From a virus, in IMG/VR virus record IMGVR_UViG_3300022699_000224, positions 1 through 64,000 of that record: DNA of 64,000 nucleotides. The stretch is one strand, 5' to 3'. A program made the translations under genes and the position numbers. Positions 17,243 through 27,652 of the stretch are shown in pieces. The notes beneath the pieces were generated by a model, which did not search any database, was not told the origin of the DNA, and saw nothing but the letters and a program-made list of their open reading frames with translations. How positions within the stretch are numbered: position 1 is the stretch's first letter; every line of letters begins with the position of its first letter.

Positions 17243-20200
17243 ATGGAAAAACAAATAATATTAAGCAATTTAATTAAATATTTAAAATTAAAAGATATAC
17301 CTATTAAGAAATCTGGTAAAATAATTATGTTAGAATGTCCTTTATGTAATTCACAACCAAATTCTGCTAATGTAATTCCAAATACTAATATAATTAATTG
17401 TTTTAAATGTAAAAAGAAATATAACTTATTAGATATTGCTGATAAATTAGAAAAAGATTTTCCTAATAAAGAAAAAGACCAATTACATTTTTTAAAAAAA
17501 TTATTGAAAATTAACATAAAAACGGAAGTAGATATAGATAATATTAATCAATATTTAGATTTCTATGAAAAAAATCATTTTGATTTAGTGCCTATAATAG
17601 CAAATGGCAAAAGACCAATAGAAAAAAATTGGACTAATAAATCTCATAAAAATAGACAAGAGTGGCAAACTTGGATTGCTAATAATCATAATATAGGAGT
17701 TAAAACTGGTAAAATATCTAATATAACAGTAATAGATATAGATGCAATGCCTTCTGATATGAAAGATAAATGGTATAAGGGTAAATTAACTAAAGAAGAA
17801 AAAAAAGAAGCAATTAAAATTAGAGATACAAAAATAAAGATGATATTAGATGATTTAGAACATCCTGAAAATGACACTTTATATCAAACTAATTTAGGTG
17901 GTATGCATTTATTTTATAAATATATTTCTGAATTCCCCAAAACTAGTATTGATTATAAAGAAATTAAAATTGATGTAGAAAATGATGGCGGTCAGGTAGT
18001 GATATATCCATCTTCAGTTTTTAAAACTAATAGAATATTTAAATTGAATCCTATCAAAACAATGCCTAAAAAAATAAAAAAATTTTTTACAGATAAAATA
18101 ACTACTCCTAAGAAAACTCATAGTGAAGATATAAAAGAAGCAATAGAAACAGAAAATTTTCAAATAGACCCTTCTAAGTTCTTATTAAAGAATAATAATC
18201 TAGAAGGAGTCTGTAATAATGAGTTTATTAAATTAGGTGGTATTTTAAGAAAACGATTAAATTTGAAACAGACAGAATATGTTTTAAACATGCTTAATCA
18301 GCATATGTTAGAAAATCCTATGCAATCTAAAACTATTAGGTCTATGATGAGAGAATTAGATAAATATCAGTTATTTGATGAAGATGAATTAGCTAATAAA
18401 ATTCAAGAATATTTAAAAGACGTAGAAGAGGCTAGTAGAACGGAAATAGCACTAGCTGTTGTAGGAACTAATAGAGGAGAAGATAAAAAAAGAGTAGATA
18501 AAGTATTAAAACATTTAGTGAAAGAGAGTTATATTATTAAAAAAGGAAGAAGTTATTTAACAAGAAAAAAAGTAGAATGGAGAGAAGAATTAATTAATAT
18601 AGGAACTCCTATAGATTTCCAAATGCCTTATTTTAATGATGTAATGACTTTTAATTATGGTGATTTAGTATTAATCGGTTCTAAAAATGCACATGGAAAA
18701 ACTCATATAGCTATGAATATAGTTAAACAACTAGTAGACCAAAAGATTATTCCTTACTATTTATCTTTAGAGGGTGGATGTTTTGATGAGCAAACAGAAA
18801 TACTTACAGAGCAAGGGTGGAAATATTTTAAAGATTTAAATAGGAAAGAAAAAGTAATGACATTAAATCCAGATACTGAAGAAATAGAATATCAGAAACC
18901 TACAAAATATTTTGAATATAATTATGATGGGAACTTAATCAATATAAATACTAGATATTTGGATTTATTAATAACTCCTAACCATAAACAACCTAGTAGA
19001 GTGAGAACTACAGGAAAAATAAGATTATATAATGCTCTTGATTTACCATATCATAATCCAATTCCTAAAACTGGAAACTGGAAAGGAGAAAATCAAAAAT
19101 ATTTTATATTACCTGGAATTACCTGGAATAAATATCTTGGAAAACATAAAAAATATTATAAGATTAAAGAAAAAAGTTTAAAAATAAAGATGGAAGATTG
19201 GGTAAAATTTTTTGGATTATTTTTAGCAGAAGGCTCTGTCGAAAAATATAGAGTTTCTATCTCACAATTTAGAAACAATAAAAAATTTATAGAAGTAAAA
19301 AATATTATGGATAAATTTCCATTTAGTTATACATATTCAAATCATCAGTTTAGGATTATAGATAAAAGACTAGGCATCTTTCTTAAAAAATTTGGAAAAT
19401 CTAACGAAAAATATATCCCTGATGAGTTGAAAAAATTAAATCCTAAGCTATTGAGTGAATTTCTTTATGGATATTATTTGGGAGATGGCTGTTATAAGAA
19501 CAAAAGAAGGGAATTTTATACAGTATCAAAAAAATTAGCAGGGGATTTACAAGAGATTATAACAAAAACTTCCAATTTTGCTAATATAAGTGTAAGAAAA
19601 TGTAAAAATACTAAAATGACTATAAATGGAAAATCTTATACTAGAAAACATAATTTATATATTGTAAGTGAAATAACAACGGTTAAAGATGTATATGCTA
19701 AAAGACAGAATAGACGAAATGTTTATTATAAAGGAAAAATATATGATGTAGAAGTTCCTAAACACCATATACTTCTAGTTAGAAGAAATGGAAAAAATTG
19801 CTGGTCTGGAAATTCAAGATGGGCTAAAATTGCATTACAATTAGGATTAAAAGAGGGAGATTTTAAGTGGCATGAAACTTCTAATCCTCATGATGTAGAA
19901 TTAGAAAAAAATTCTGTTACTATAATAGATTGGTTATGTCCTAAAAATTATGCAGAAACAGATAAAATACTACAATCTTTAAATGATGAAGTAAGAGACA
20001 AAAATGGAATATTGATAGTATTTATGCAATTAAGAGATAATAACGAATGGTTAGCTAAAGATTTAGTTAAACAATTCCCATCTTTTGCTTGTAGATATAT
20101 TTATGATAATGAAAGTAGTGGCGAATATGGAAAATTTAAAATAGATAAAATAAGAGAAGCTAAAATCAGAATAAAATCTTATGAACTACCTGCTAGATAT

Positions 20201-20287
20201 AATTGGGAAACTAAAAAATTATCTAGAATAGATAAATCAAAAGATGAAGAAATAGATAATATAGAAGATGAGGTTTTAGATGAATAG
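17243..20287 (+). CDS. Zn-finger / Prim-Pol primase / SF4-like helicase fusion, intein-containing
   Basis: CPLC..CFKC; NIGVKTG...VIDID, GG.HLFY; Walker A G....GKT; YLSLE; IIDWL; VFMQL. Confidence 0.88.
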   Translation: MEKQIILSNLIKYLKLKDIPIKKSGKIIMLECPLCNSQPNSANVIPNTNIINCFKCKKKYNLLDIADKLEKDFPNKEKDQLHFLKKLLKINIKTEVDIDNINQYLDFYEKNHFDLVPIIANGKRPIEKNWTNKSHKNRQEWQTWIANNHNIGVKTGKISNITVIDIDAMPSDMKDKWYKGKLTKEEKKEAIKIRDTKIKMILDDLEHPENDTLYQTNLGGMHLFYKYISEFPKTSIDYKEIKIDVENDGGQVVIYPSSVFKTNRIFKLNPIKTMPKKIKKFFTDKITTPKKTHSEDIKEAIETENFQIDPSKFLLKNNNLEGVCNNEFIKLGGILRKRLNLKQTEYVLNMLNQHMLENPMQSKTIRSMMRELDKYQLFDEDELANKIQEYLKDVEEASRTEIALAVVGTNRGEDKKRVDKVLKHLVKESYIIKKGRSYLTRKKVEWREELINIGTPIDFQMPYFNDVMTFNYGDLVLIGSKNAHGKTHIAMNIVKQLVDQKIIPYYLSLEGGCFDEQTEILTEQGWKYFKDLNRKEKVMTLNPDTEEIEYQKPTKYFEYNYDGNLININTRYLDLLITPNHKQPSRVRTTGKIRLYNALDLPYHNPIPKTGNWKGENQKYFILPGITWNKYLGKHKKYYKIKEKSLKIKMEDWVKFFGLFLAEGSVEKYRVSISQFRNNKKFIEVKNIMDKFPFSYTYSNHQFRIIDKRLGIFLKKFGKSNEKYIPDELKKLNPKLLSEFLYGYYLGDGCYKNKRREFYTVSKKLAGDLQEIITKTSNFANISVRKCKNTKMTINGKSYTRKHNLYIVSEITTVKDVYAKRQNRRNVYYKGKIYDVEVPKHHILLVRRNGKNCWSGNSRWAKIALQLGLKEGDFKWHETSNPHDVELEKNSVTIIDWLCPKNYAETDKILQSLNDEVRDKNGILIVFMQLRDNNEWLAKDLVKQFPSFACRYIYDNESSGEYGKFKIDKIREAKIRIKSYELPARYNWETKKLSRIDKSKDEEIDNIEDEVLDE
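18779..19813 (+). mobile_element. Intein (345 aa) with LAGLIDADG homing endonuclease in helicase domain
   Basis: EGG|CFDEQTEILT...TPNH...FFGLFLAEG...FLYGYYLGDG...YDVEV...SGN|S. Confidence 0.92.
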
Positions 20288-20555
20288 AAAAAAAGGAAAT
20301 AAATTTGAAGATAAATTTATTAAAACTCTTAATAGCGGTGCATTTTATTTTGATAAAGCAGATGCAAGAAATGCAGAGTTTTTAGTAGAAATTAAAGGCA
20401 CTAATAAAAAAAGTTATCGTATTGATACTAAGAAATTACAGAAAATTTGGAATGATGCATTTGATGCACAGAAGTTACCTATTTTCGGGATAGTAATAGA
20501 AAATAATGGAATAAGATGGTTATTAAATATTCAATTAAAAAGAGAGGTTATTTAA
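20280..20555 (+). CDS. PD-(D/E)xK Holliday junction resolvase-like nuclease
   Basis: G.KFE, NSGA, D.....VEIK. Confidence 0.75.
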   Translation: MNRKKGNKFEDKFIKTLNSGAFYFDKADARNAEFLVEIKGTNKKSYRIDTKKLQKIWNDAFDAQKLPIFGIVIENNGIRWLLNIQLKREVI

Positions 20556-21584
20556 ATGAGGAGAAAAAAGTTTAATAAAAAATTATTTATGGAATTATAT
20601 AATTCTGGTAAATCAGATTATGAAATTTCTCAATTATTAGGTATAGGAGAAAGAACTGTATCTCGTCATGGACAAAGATTAAGAAAACAAGGAAAAATTA
20701 AACCTAGAAAAGATTTGCAAATAGAAGAAAAATTAAGTATAAAAAATTTAAAAGACGTAAATGTAAATGATGTTCTTAAAAATGCTAAAGCAACTTGGAA
20801 AATACCTCAAGGCAGAACTGCTAAAAAAGCAAATAAAAACTTTAAAATTTATTTATATATTGCAGACCATCATGTTCCAGAATATAATATTCCAGCCAAT
20901 AAAGCTATTTTTAAATTGATGCAAGATATAAAATTTGACGGTTTTCGTATTGTAGGAGATTTTATGGATATGTCTCCTATTAGTCATTGGAATGAGCATA
21001 AAAGAAAAACATTAGAAACTCAAAGATTAAAAAAAGATTATACAGTTGGTAACGTTTTATTGGATGAATATGATAAAAGATTGCCTAAGAATTGCGATAA
21101 AGCATATTTTTGGGGTAATCATGAAGATTGGTATAATCAGCTTTTAGAAAAATTACCTGTATTAGAGGGTTTATTGAACCCTACAGAAGAATTACATCTT
21201 ATTAAAAGAGGTTATAAAACATATGAAAATATAAATCATATCGAGAGAATAGGTAGATTATCAGTATGCCATGGGATGTATTCTACTATTTATGCAGTTA
21301 GAAAACATATACAAGAATTTAAAACTAATGTATTGTTTTTTCATACTCATAGAATAGGGTCTAGGTCTGAAAGTTCACCTGCAAAAGAAATATCTATTAT
21401 AGGTTATAATGGCGGTTGTTTATGTAATAAAAATCCTGATTATCGTAAAAACAGACCTAGTAAATGGTCGCATGGATTTGCAGTTGTTTATTATATGTCA
21501 AATGGATATTTTTATGTAGATAATGTAAGAATAATTAAAGGTAAATTTATTTATAATAATAAGTTATATGATGGTAATGAATAA
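20556..21584 (+). CDS. HTH + calcineurin-like metallophosphoesterase
   Basis: N-terminal HTH; ADHH.P, GDFMD, GNHE, HG, HTHR. Confidence 0.85.
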   Translation: MRRKKFNKKLFMELYNSGKSDYEISQLLGIGERTVSRHGQRLRKQGKIKPRKDLQIEEKLSIKNLKDVNVNDVLKNAKATWKIPQGRTAKKANKNFKIYLYIADHHVPEYNIPANKAIFKLMQDIKFDGFRIVGDFMDMSPISHWNEHKRKTLETQRLKKDYTVGNVLLDEYDKRLPKNCDKAYFWGNHEDWYNQLLEKLPVLEGLLNPTEELHLIKRGYKTYENINHIERIGRLSVCHGMYSTIYAVRKHIQEFKTNVLFFHTHRIGSRSESSPAKEISIIGYNGGCLCNKNPDYRKNRPSKWSHGFAVVYYMSNGYFYVDNVRIIKGKFIYNNKLYDGNE

Positions 21585-21647
21585 TACACCCTTAATAATA
21601 AGTATAATTATACTTATTATTTTGATATTAATTACATTGGATATTAT

Positions 21648-21893
21648 ATGATAGCAGAAATTACTAAAATAAAAAAGAAACCATCAAGATATGGCGGTTA
21701 TTTCTATTACGTATTTTTTAAAAGTAATAAGGGTAAAAGTTATTATTCTTGTCTTTATCCTAAAATGCGAAATTTTATAAGATGGCGTAAAGTTTTAAAA
21801 GTAGGAACATTACTTAAAAATTTACATTTAGTAAGAGGTCATAAAAATATCATAGATGCAGATAGTAAATTTAAGGTTATAAATAATGACTAA
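21648..21893 (+). CDS. Hypothetical protein
   Basis: ORF track. Confidence 0.6.
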   Translation: MIAEITKIKKKPSRYGGYFYYVFFKSNKGKSYYSCLYPKMRNFIRWRKVLKVGTLLKNLHLVRGHKNIIDADSKFKVINND

Positions 21894-22136
21894 AGAACAT
21901 ATATTAAAAAAAGTAATAGAGATATATAATAATAAAACAAGACCTTTAGGTCGTTATGCAGATTATAAAAATTTAAGAACGAATTTTGCAAAAGTTTTTT
22001 TGGAGAAAAATTAATGCAAATAAAACCTACACCAGGTGGTATTGATTATATTCCTAAATGACAATATCATATTAAACAAATGGTAGTAGAAAAAGAACCT
22101 TTAAAATATTTGGAGGATATTTTAGATGAAAAATAA
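21886..22136 (+). pseudogene. Disrupted phage gene (frameshift at T7 run plus in-frame TGA)
   Basis: MTKEHILKKVIE...NFAKVF / -1 frame FGEK...PK*QYHIKQMVVEKEPLKYLEDIL. Confidence 0.5.
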
Positions 22137-22410
22137 AGATAATAAAGTTAGATATTATGTAACAGGTAATGTAAAATGTCCTAGATGTAATATTTCCATC
22201 CCTGCTAATACTTGGCATACTTGTCATAAAGTTAAGATAGGAAGAAAGAATAAAATACTAAAAGAGATAAATGGATATATTTATAAAAAAGATTTAAATA
22301 ATAAAAATGCTCTTACTGTTATGCCTATTGTTTATACTTCTGTGCCTAAAGAAATGAAAAATAAATTTCATGAAGTTAAAATTATTATTAAAGAAATTGA
22401 AAAAAAGTGA
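22126..22410 (+). CDS. Hypothetical protein with CxxC...HxC motif
   Basis: ORF, GGAGG RBS. Confidence 0.55.
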   Translation: MKNKDNKVRYYVTGNVKCPRCNISIPANTWHTCHKVKIGRKNKILKEINGYIYKKDLNNKNALTVMPIVYTSVPKEMKNKFHEVKIIIKEIEKK

Positions 22411-22426
22411 GAGAAAAAAAATATAA

Positions 22427-23011
22427 ATGAATAAATATATTAAAAAAATTAAAATTAATACAGTAGAAGATTTTTTAGGAAAATCTTTAAAATTTAATAA
22501 AATCGTTATAGGATTTGATGTGGCTCAACATATTACAGGTATAGCAATTATAAGAACTACTAATAATTATTTTATATTAGAAAAAATAAATAAAATAGAA
22601 ACTCCTAAGTTACCTAAGAAAGCTACGTCAAGACAAGTGTTAGATAATATTGATTTATTTATTTCTCAATTAGATGAATTCAAAAACGAAATAAGCAAAA
22701 ATTATAAATTAGATATTAATAGAATTGAAGATTGTTTTTTTGGTAAAAATGTTAGAACTTTAAAATCATTAGCACGAGCTAGTGTATTAGTTTATGATAG
22801 ATTTAGGAATATATCTACCGATATTGATTTTATCTTACCTAATTCTGCTAGAAGTAAAATTAATTATAAAAAGAGTAAAAAGAAGTTATCAGGAATATAT
22901 TTAAAAAAAGATATTTTAAATTATATTAATACTGCATTAGATACAAAATTAAAAGATTATGATATTGCAGACGGAATTGTATTAGCACTTTCTGGATTAG
23001 TGGAGGAATAA
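22427..23011 (+). CDS. RuvC-like resolvase/nuclease
   Basis: IGFDVA...TGIA, IED.F, D.AD...LA. Confidence 0.75.
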   Translation: MNKYIKKIKINTVEDFLGKSLKFNKIVIGFDVAQHITGIAIIRTTNNYFILEKINKIETPKLPKKATSRQVLDNIDLFISQLDEFKNEISKNYKLDINRIEDCFFGKNVRTLKSLARASVLVYDRFRNISTDIDFILPNSARSKINYKKSKKKLSGIYLKKDILNYINTALDTKLKDYDIADGIVLALSGLVEE

Positions 23012-23012
23012 T

Positions 23013-23270
23013 ATGTTTATTTGTGATAAATGTAAAAAAAGTAGTAATCCTAAAGAAAAACAAAATAAAGTTACAATTAAAACACGTGAAAAATATTATC
23101 ATTACTATAAAGTAAAATATAAAGATTTTCGTAGATTTAAAATAATTATAACTGAAAATAAACACTTTGCTAAAGATAAAGATAATAAAATTTTAAAAGA
23201 ATGGAAATCAAATGGAAAAGAAATAATAAAAGAAATAAATTTATGTAATAAATGTTATAATAAGGAATAA
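23013..23270 (+). CDS. Zinc-finger protein
   Basis: CDKC...LCNKC. Confidence 0.6.
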   Translation: MFICDKCKKSSNPKEKQNKVTIKTREKYYHYYKVKYKDFRRFKIIITENKHFAKDKDNKILKEWKSNGKEIIKEINLCNKCYNKE

Positions 23271-23283
23271 TTATTAGATAAAA

Positions 23284-23520
23284 ATGCTTACATATTTAAT
23301 CCCTAAAAATTGTCAAATAGTAAAACATGAATGTCCTATTTATCATGAAAAAGATTATTTATTGCAAAATTTATATTCATTAGATTTAGAAATGAAAATA
23401 GTAGAGGTAACTGTTAATAGCATTAGTTTAACTGAAGATGGAGAAATTATCAAATATAGTGTTTGTCCAAGATGCGAAACTAAATTTATTAGAAAATTAG
23501 GAGAAAAAATAAATGTCTAA
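23284..23520 (+). CDS. Hypothetical protein
   Basis: ORF track; CPRC. Confidence 0.55.
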   Translation: MLTYLIPKNCQIVKHECPIYHEKDYLLQNLYSLDLEMKIVEVTVNSISLTEDGEIIKYSVCPRCETKFIRKLGEKINV

Positions 23521-25735
23521 AAAAGATTTAAATGATAAATTATCTCAACTAGAAAAAAATTTTGGATTAAAAAGAGCTTCCTCTCAAAAAAATGTAGAAT
23601 TTATTAGGACTGGTATATATTCGTTAGATTATGTATTAGATGGAGGTTTACAATTAGTAGAAGGAGGTCATAAAATAGAATTTTATGGCAAAGAAAGTTC
23701 TGGTAAGACTACTTTTGCTCAAAAGGTGGTAGCTAAATATCAAAAATTAGATAAAGTATGCGTATGGGTAGTTTCAGAGAGTTTTCATAAAGATTGGGCT
23801 AAAAAATTAGGAGTAAATACTGATAAATTATTATTATCTTATCCTGATTCTGTTGAAGATGCTACAGAAACTATTTTAAAGATAGTGCCAGAAGTAGATT
23901 TAATTGTAGTAGATAGTGTTGCAAGTTTGATTCCTGAAGTTGAAATAGAAAAATCAATGCATGAACAAACTAGAGGAGTTCAAGCTAAGGCTTATTCTCA
24001 ATTTTGTCGTAAATTATATAAAAAAATACTTAATCAAAAAGTTTCGTTAATTTTTATTAATCAATTAAGAGAAAAGATGGGAGTGCTTTATGGCAATCCA
24101 GAAATTACTCCTTGTGGTAGAGCATTAAAACATATGTATGATTGTTTAGGAGCAGATACTATAATTTATAACGGTAAAAAATTTATACCTTTAAAATATT
24201 TAAAAAGTAAAGTAACAAGTTATAATTTTAAGCATAAAAAATTCCAAAATAATAAATTATTACAAAAAAAAGCACAAAAATTTAAAAATTATTTAGAATT
24301 AGATTTAGGTATAACAAGAATAGATGCTTCGGAAAATCATAAATTTTATAATATTTCTTCTGATGGAACTTTACAGTTAAAAAGAGTTAAAAATCTCAAG
24401 AAAGGAGATATGCTATTATTATCGAAAGGGAAAAATTTTAAAATTAAAAATCCTTCATTTACTGACAATAAATTTGTAAGATTATTAGGATATTATGTTG
24501 GAGATGGATATAAAATAAATAAAGAAAATCATATAATTATAGCGGATAAAAATAGAAATTTCTTAAAATATTATCAAGATTTACTTAAAGAAAAGAGCTT
24601 TAAAATTAATAAATCAAGAAACACTAATTTATTACACATTAAAACAAAATTTAGTAATCATTTATTTGAGACTATTAGACAATATAAATTAGATGTAAAA
24701 GCTTCCAAAAAAAAGTTACCCTTTCTTTTTTATAATTTTTCAGATAACTGTCTTAAAGATTTTATAGCGGGATTTTATGATGCAGAGGGAAATGATAATA
24801 CAAATTTACCTACATTTCATTCCTCATCCGAGAAATTGTTAAGAAATATTCAATTTATGCTTTGGAGATTAGGAATAAGGTCAAATATTAATAAAAGAAA
24901 ATCGCAATCTTTAAAAAAATTACGAAATGATAAAAAATACTATACAATGTATGCTTTGTATGTATCTGATTCAAAAAGTATTATTAAATTTAAACGAGTT
25001 ATACCCACATTGAAAAATATTAAACTACCAAAATATAATTCAAAAATGCAATATAATTTTGTAGAATTAATAAAGGAATATCATAATATATTATTAAAAC
25101 GAAAGGAAATATCAAGATATTTGGGAAGAAATAATTCATTACAGCATTTAATTAAACAAAAGACTATTTCTTTAGATAGATTAAAAAATATCTATAGTAA
25201 GACTAAAAATTTAAGTTTTTTAAATGAACAAAACACAAAATATGAGAGAATATTAAAATTAAAACAAAATTTCGATTTTGTAAAAATAAAAAAAATCACT
25301 AAAAAAGCAACAAATTTTAAATATTTAGGCTTTAAAAAGAAATTAATAGATATTCAAGTTGAAAATGATGAAAATTTTATAGCAAACGGTATATTGTCTC
25401 ATAACTCAAGAATTGAATTTAGAACTAAAAAACCTATTGAAGTTGGCACTAAAAATAAAAAAGAAAGAATTGGAACGGAAATTCATTTATATGCTAAAAA
25501 AAATAAATTAGGAAAACCTCAAAGAAAAATTATAACCGATTTTTATTTTGATGGAACTATTGATAATGCTAAATCGTTATTACATGCAGGAATTAAATAT
25601 GACGTTATAGATTTTAGTGGAAAAACATATAAATTTGAAGATGTTAAAGCGGTTGGTAAAGTTAATTTTATTGAAGCAATGACTGAAAAAGAATGGAAAA
25701 AAGTGGAAAAAGAAATATGGCGAAGAATAAAATAG
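23513..25735 (+). CDS. recA: RecA/UvsX recombinase, intein-containing
   Basis: TG..SLD..L.GG, GKESSGKTT, IVVDSVA, IFINQLREK.GV.YGNPE.TP.GRALKH. Confidence 0.93.
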   Translation: MSKKDLNDKLSQLEKNFGLKRASSQKNVEFIRTGIYSLDYVLDGGLQLVEGGHKIEFYGKESSGKTTFAQKVVAKYQKLDKVCVWVVSESFHKDWAKKLGVNTDKLLLSYPDSVEDATETILKIVPEVDLIVVDSVASLIPEVEIEKSMHEQTRGVQAKAYSQFCRKLYKKILNQKVSLIFINQLREKMGVLYGNPEITPCGRALKHMYDCLGADTIIYNGKKFIPLKYLKSKVTSYNFKHKKFQNNKLLQKKAQKFKNYLELDLGITRIDASENHKFYNISSDGTLQLKRVKNLKKGDMLLLSKGKNFKIKNPSFTDNKFVRLLGYYVGDGYKINKENHIIIADKNRNFLKYYQDLLKEKSFKINKSRNTNLLHIKTKFSNHLFETIRQYKLDVKASKKKLPFLFYNFSDNCLKDFIAGFYDAEGNDNTNLPTFHSSSEKLLRNIQFMLWRLGIRSNINKRKSQSLKKLRNDKKYYTMYALYVSDSKSIIKFKRVIPTLKNIKLPKYNSKMQYNFVELIKEYHNILLKRKEISRYLGRNNSLQHLIKQKTISLDRLKNIYSKTKNLSFLNEQNTKYERILKLKQNFDFVKIKKITKKATNFKYLGFKKKLIDIQVENDENFIANGILSHNSRIEFRTKKPIEVGTKNKKERIGTEIHLYAKKNKLGKPQRKIITDFYFDGTIDNAKSLLHAGIKYDVIDFSGKTYKFEDVKAVGKVNFIEAMTEKEWKKVEKEIWRRIK
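24143..25405 (+). mobile_element. Intein (421 aa) with LAGLIDADG homing endonuclease in RecA
   Basis: MYD|CLGADT...SENH...LLGYYVGDG...FIAGFYDAEG...DIQV...NFIANGILSHN|S. Confidence 0.93.
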
Positions 25736-26016
25736 AAAGAAAATTAATTTGCGAATGCGGATATGTAGTTAATAATAAGAAAGAATATTTTAATCATTTA
25801 GAAAAATGCGGATTAAAACTAAATAGGAAATTAAAGGACAAAGAGGAAAAGAATAAAATGAGAATTACAATAGAATCGTTAGATAATAAAAGAAAAGCGA
25901 TTATTGAAACTCATGAATATATAGATATTTATGAAATAGCAGAGGAGTTACGAGGTTTATTAATTGCTTGGGGTTATCATTCTAATACTGTTAAAGAAAT
26001 ATTACCAGAGGAATAA
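25717..26016 (+). CDS. Hypothetical protein with C2HC zinc finger
   Basis: CECG...H...C. Confidence 0.55.
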   Translation: MAKNKIERKLICECGYVVNNKKEYFNHLEKCGLKLNRKLKDKEEKNKMRITIESLDNKRKAIIETHEYIDIYEIAEELRGLLIAWGYHSNTVKEILPEE

Positions 26017-26017
26017 T

Positions 26018-26929
26018 ATGCAATCTCTTCCAAAATATACAAAAATATTAACTCTTGGGTCAGCTTATACCCAAAATGCTTTAAAAGGAGAAATTATTAT
26101 ACAAGAAAAAGTTGATGGTAGTCAATTTCGTTTTGGAATAAATAAGAATAAAGAATTAGTTATAGGAACTCATAGAACTATAGTAACTTGTCCAGAAGAA
26201 AATAAAATGTTTGCAAAAGGTATTAAATATGTGCAAAGCATTGAAAAAATTTTAAAATCATTTCCAGTAAATACATATTTTTTTGGCGAATATTTAAAAA
26301 CATCTAAACATAATATATTAGAATATGATAGAATTCCTAATAATCATATCATATTATTTGATATTTTCTCCAACAATAAATGGATAACAAAAAGACAAGA
26401 ATTATTAAATTATGCTAATAAATTAAATTTAGAAATAGTGCCAGAATTATATAAAGGAATTATTAATTTAGAAAATTTAAAAAAGTTATTAAATACTTCA
26501 AGTTGTTTAGGAAAAGAATTAGTTGAGGGAATAGTAATTAAGAATTATAATCAAACTATATTATTAGGTGGTAAAGTATTTCCATTATTTACTAAATATG
26601 TAAGAGATAAATTTAAAGAAAGACATAATACTCAATGGAAGAAACAATCTAAAAAGAATTCAATAGAAAAGTTTATTCATAGTTTTAATACTAAAGCTAG
26701 ATGGAATAAAGCATTACAATACTTGAAAGAAAATAATCAATTAGAAAATAAACCTAGAGATATAGGAAAGCTAATTAAAAGAGTTAAAGATGATATTATA
26801 GAAGAAGAAACTGAAAATATTAAAGATTTTTTGTTTAAAAAATTCAGTTGTGATATTTTACGTAAATCTACTTATGGATTACCTGAATGGTATAAAAATA
26901 AGTTATTGGAAAATATAAAGGGAGAATAA
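26018..26929 (+). CDS. RNA ligase (Rnl2-like nucleotidyltransferase)
   Basis: QEKVDGS, FFGE, FDI, VP.LY.G, EGIVIK, KYV...FKE. Confidence 0.85.
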   Translation: MQSLPKYTKILTLGSAYTQNALKGEIIIQEKVDGSQFRFGINKNKELVIGTHRTIVTCPEENKMFAKGIKYVQSIEKILKSFPVNTYFFGEYLKTSKHNILEYDRIPNNHIILFDIFSNNKWITKRQELLNYANKLNLEIVPELYKGIINLENLKKLLNTSSCLGKELVEGIVIKNYNQTILLGGKVFPLFTKYVRDKFKERHNTQWKKQSKKNSIEKFIHSFNTKARWNKALQYLKENNQLENKPRDIGKLIKRVKDDIIEEETENIKDFLFKKFSCDILRKSTYGLPEWYKNKLLENIKGE

Positions 26930-27652
26930 ATGTTAGGAATTATTATGTTATTAGGATTATTAATGTTGATTACGATAATTCATGAATTAGGGCATTTAGT
27001 AGTTGCAAAACTTAGTGGAGTAAAAGTAGAAATATTTAGTATAGGATTTGGATTAAAATTATTTGGATTTAAAATAGGAGAAACTGAATATAGAATATCA
27101 TTAATACCCTTTGGAGGATATTGCGAAATAAAAGAATATAGTAATTCTAATAAAGAAGAAAATAATACTTTATATAGTAAAAGATATTTAATAAAAGTAG
27201 CAATAGCATTAGCAGGGGTAATAGCTAATTTGCTAACTGCTTTTGGTATATTATTTATGGTATCTTATTTTATAAGTAAATCTTTTATTCTAGCTTTTGA
27301 ATATAGTATAAATTTTATATATGATATTATATTAGTAACTATAATAAGTTTAAAATTATTATTTACAGGAAAACTTGTATTTAAAGGATATTTATTAAAT
27401 ACAGTTAATATAATAGGACAATATAATAATATTATATATTGGCTATTATTTTTTGTTATTTTCAGTATTACAGTAGCAATATTTAATTTGATACCTTTTC
27501 CATCTTTGGATGGTTCATTGCCTTTTTTATCTAGTTTAGAAAAAATATTTGATAAGAAAAAAGCTATTAAAATAAATAATATTATATGTAAAATAGGATT
27601 TATTATTTTAATAATTTTAACTGTTCTATGCGTTATTATAGGAGTTTTATAA
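26930..27652 (+). CDS. Site-2 (M50, RseP-like) intramembrane metalloprotease, no PDZ domain
   Basis: HELGH, FSIGFG, IPFGGY, AGV.AN, NLIPFPSLDG. Confidence 0.92.
   Translation: MLGIIMLLGLLMLITIIHELGHLVVAKLSGVKVEIFSIGFGLKLFGFKIGETEYRISLIPFGGYCEIKEYSNSNKEENNTLYSKRYLIKVAIALAGVIANLLTAFGILFMVSYFISKSFILAFEYSINFIYDIILVTIISLKLLFTGKLVFKGYLLNTVNIIGQYNNIIYWLLFFVIFSITVAIFNLIPFPSLDGSLPFLSSLEKIFDKKKAIKINNIICKIGFIILIILTVLCVIIGVL

Noticed and set aside
22059-22061. Genome-wide TGA (or TAG) stop-codon reassignment
   Set aside because: Long genes are intact under code 11, and many genes end at TGA/TAG with tight ATGA coupling. Only one suspicious TGA was seen.
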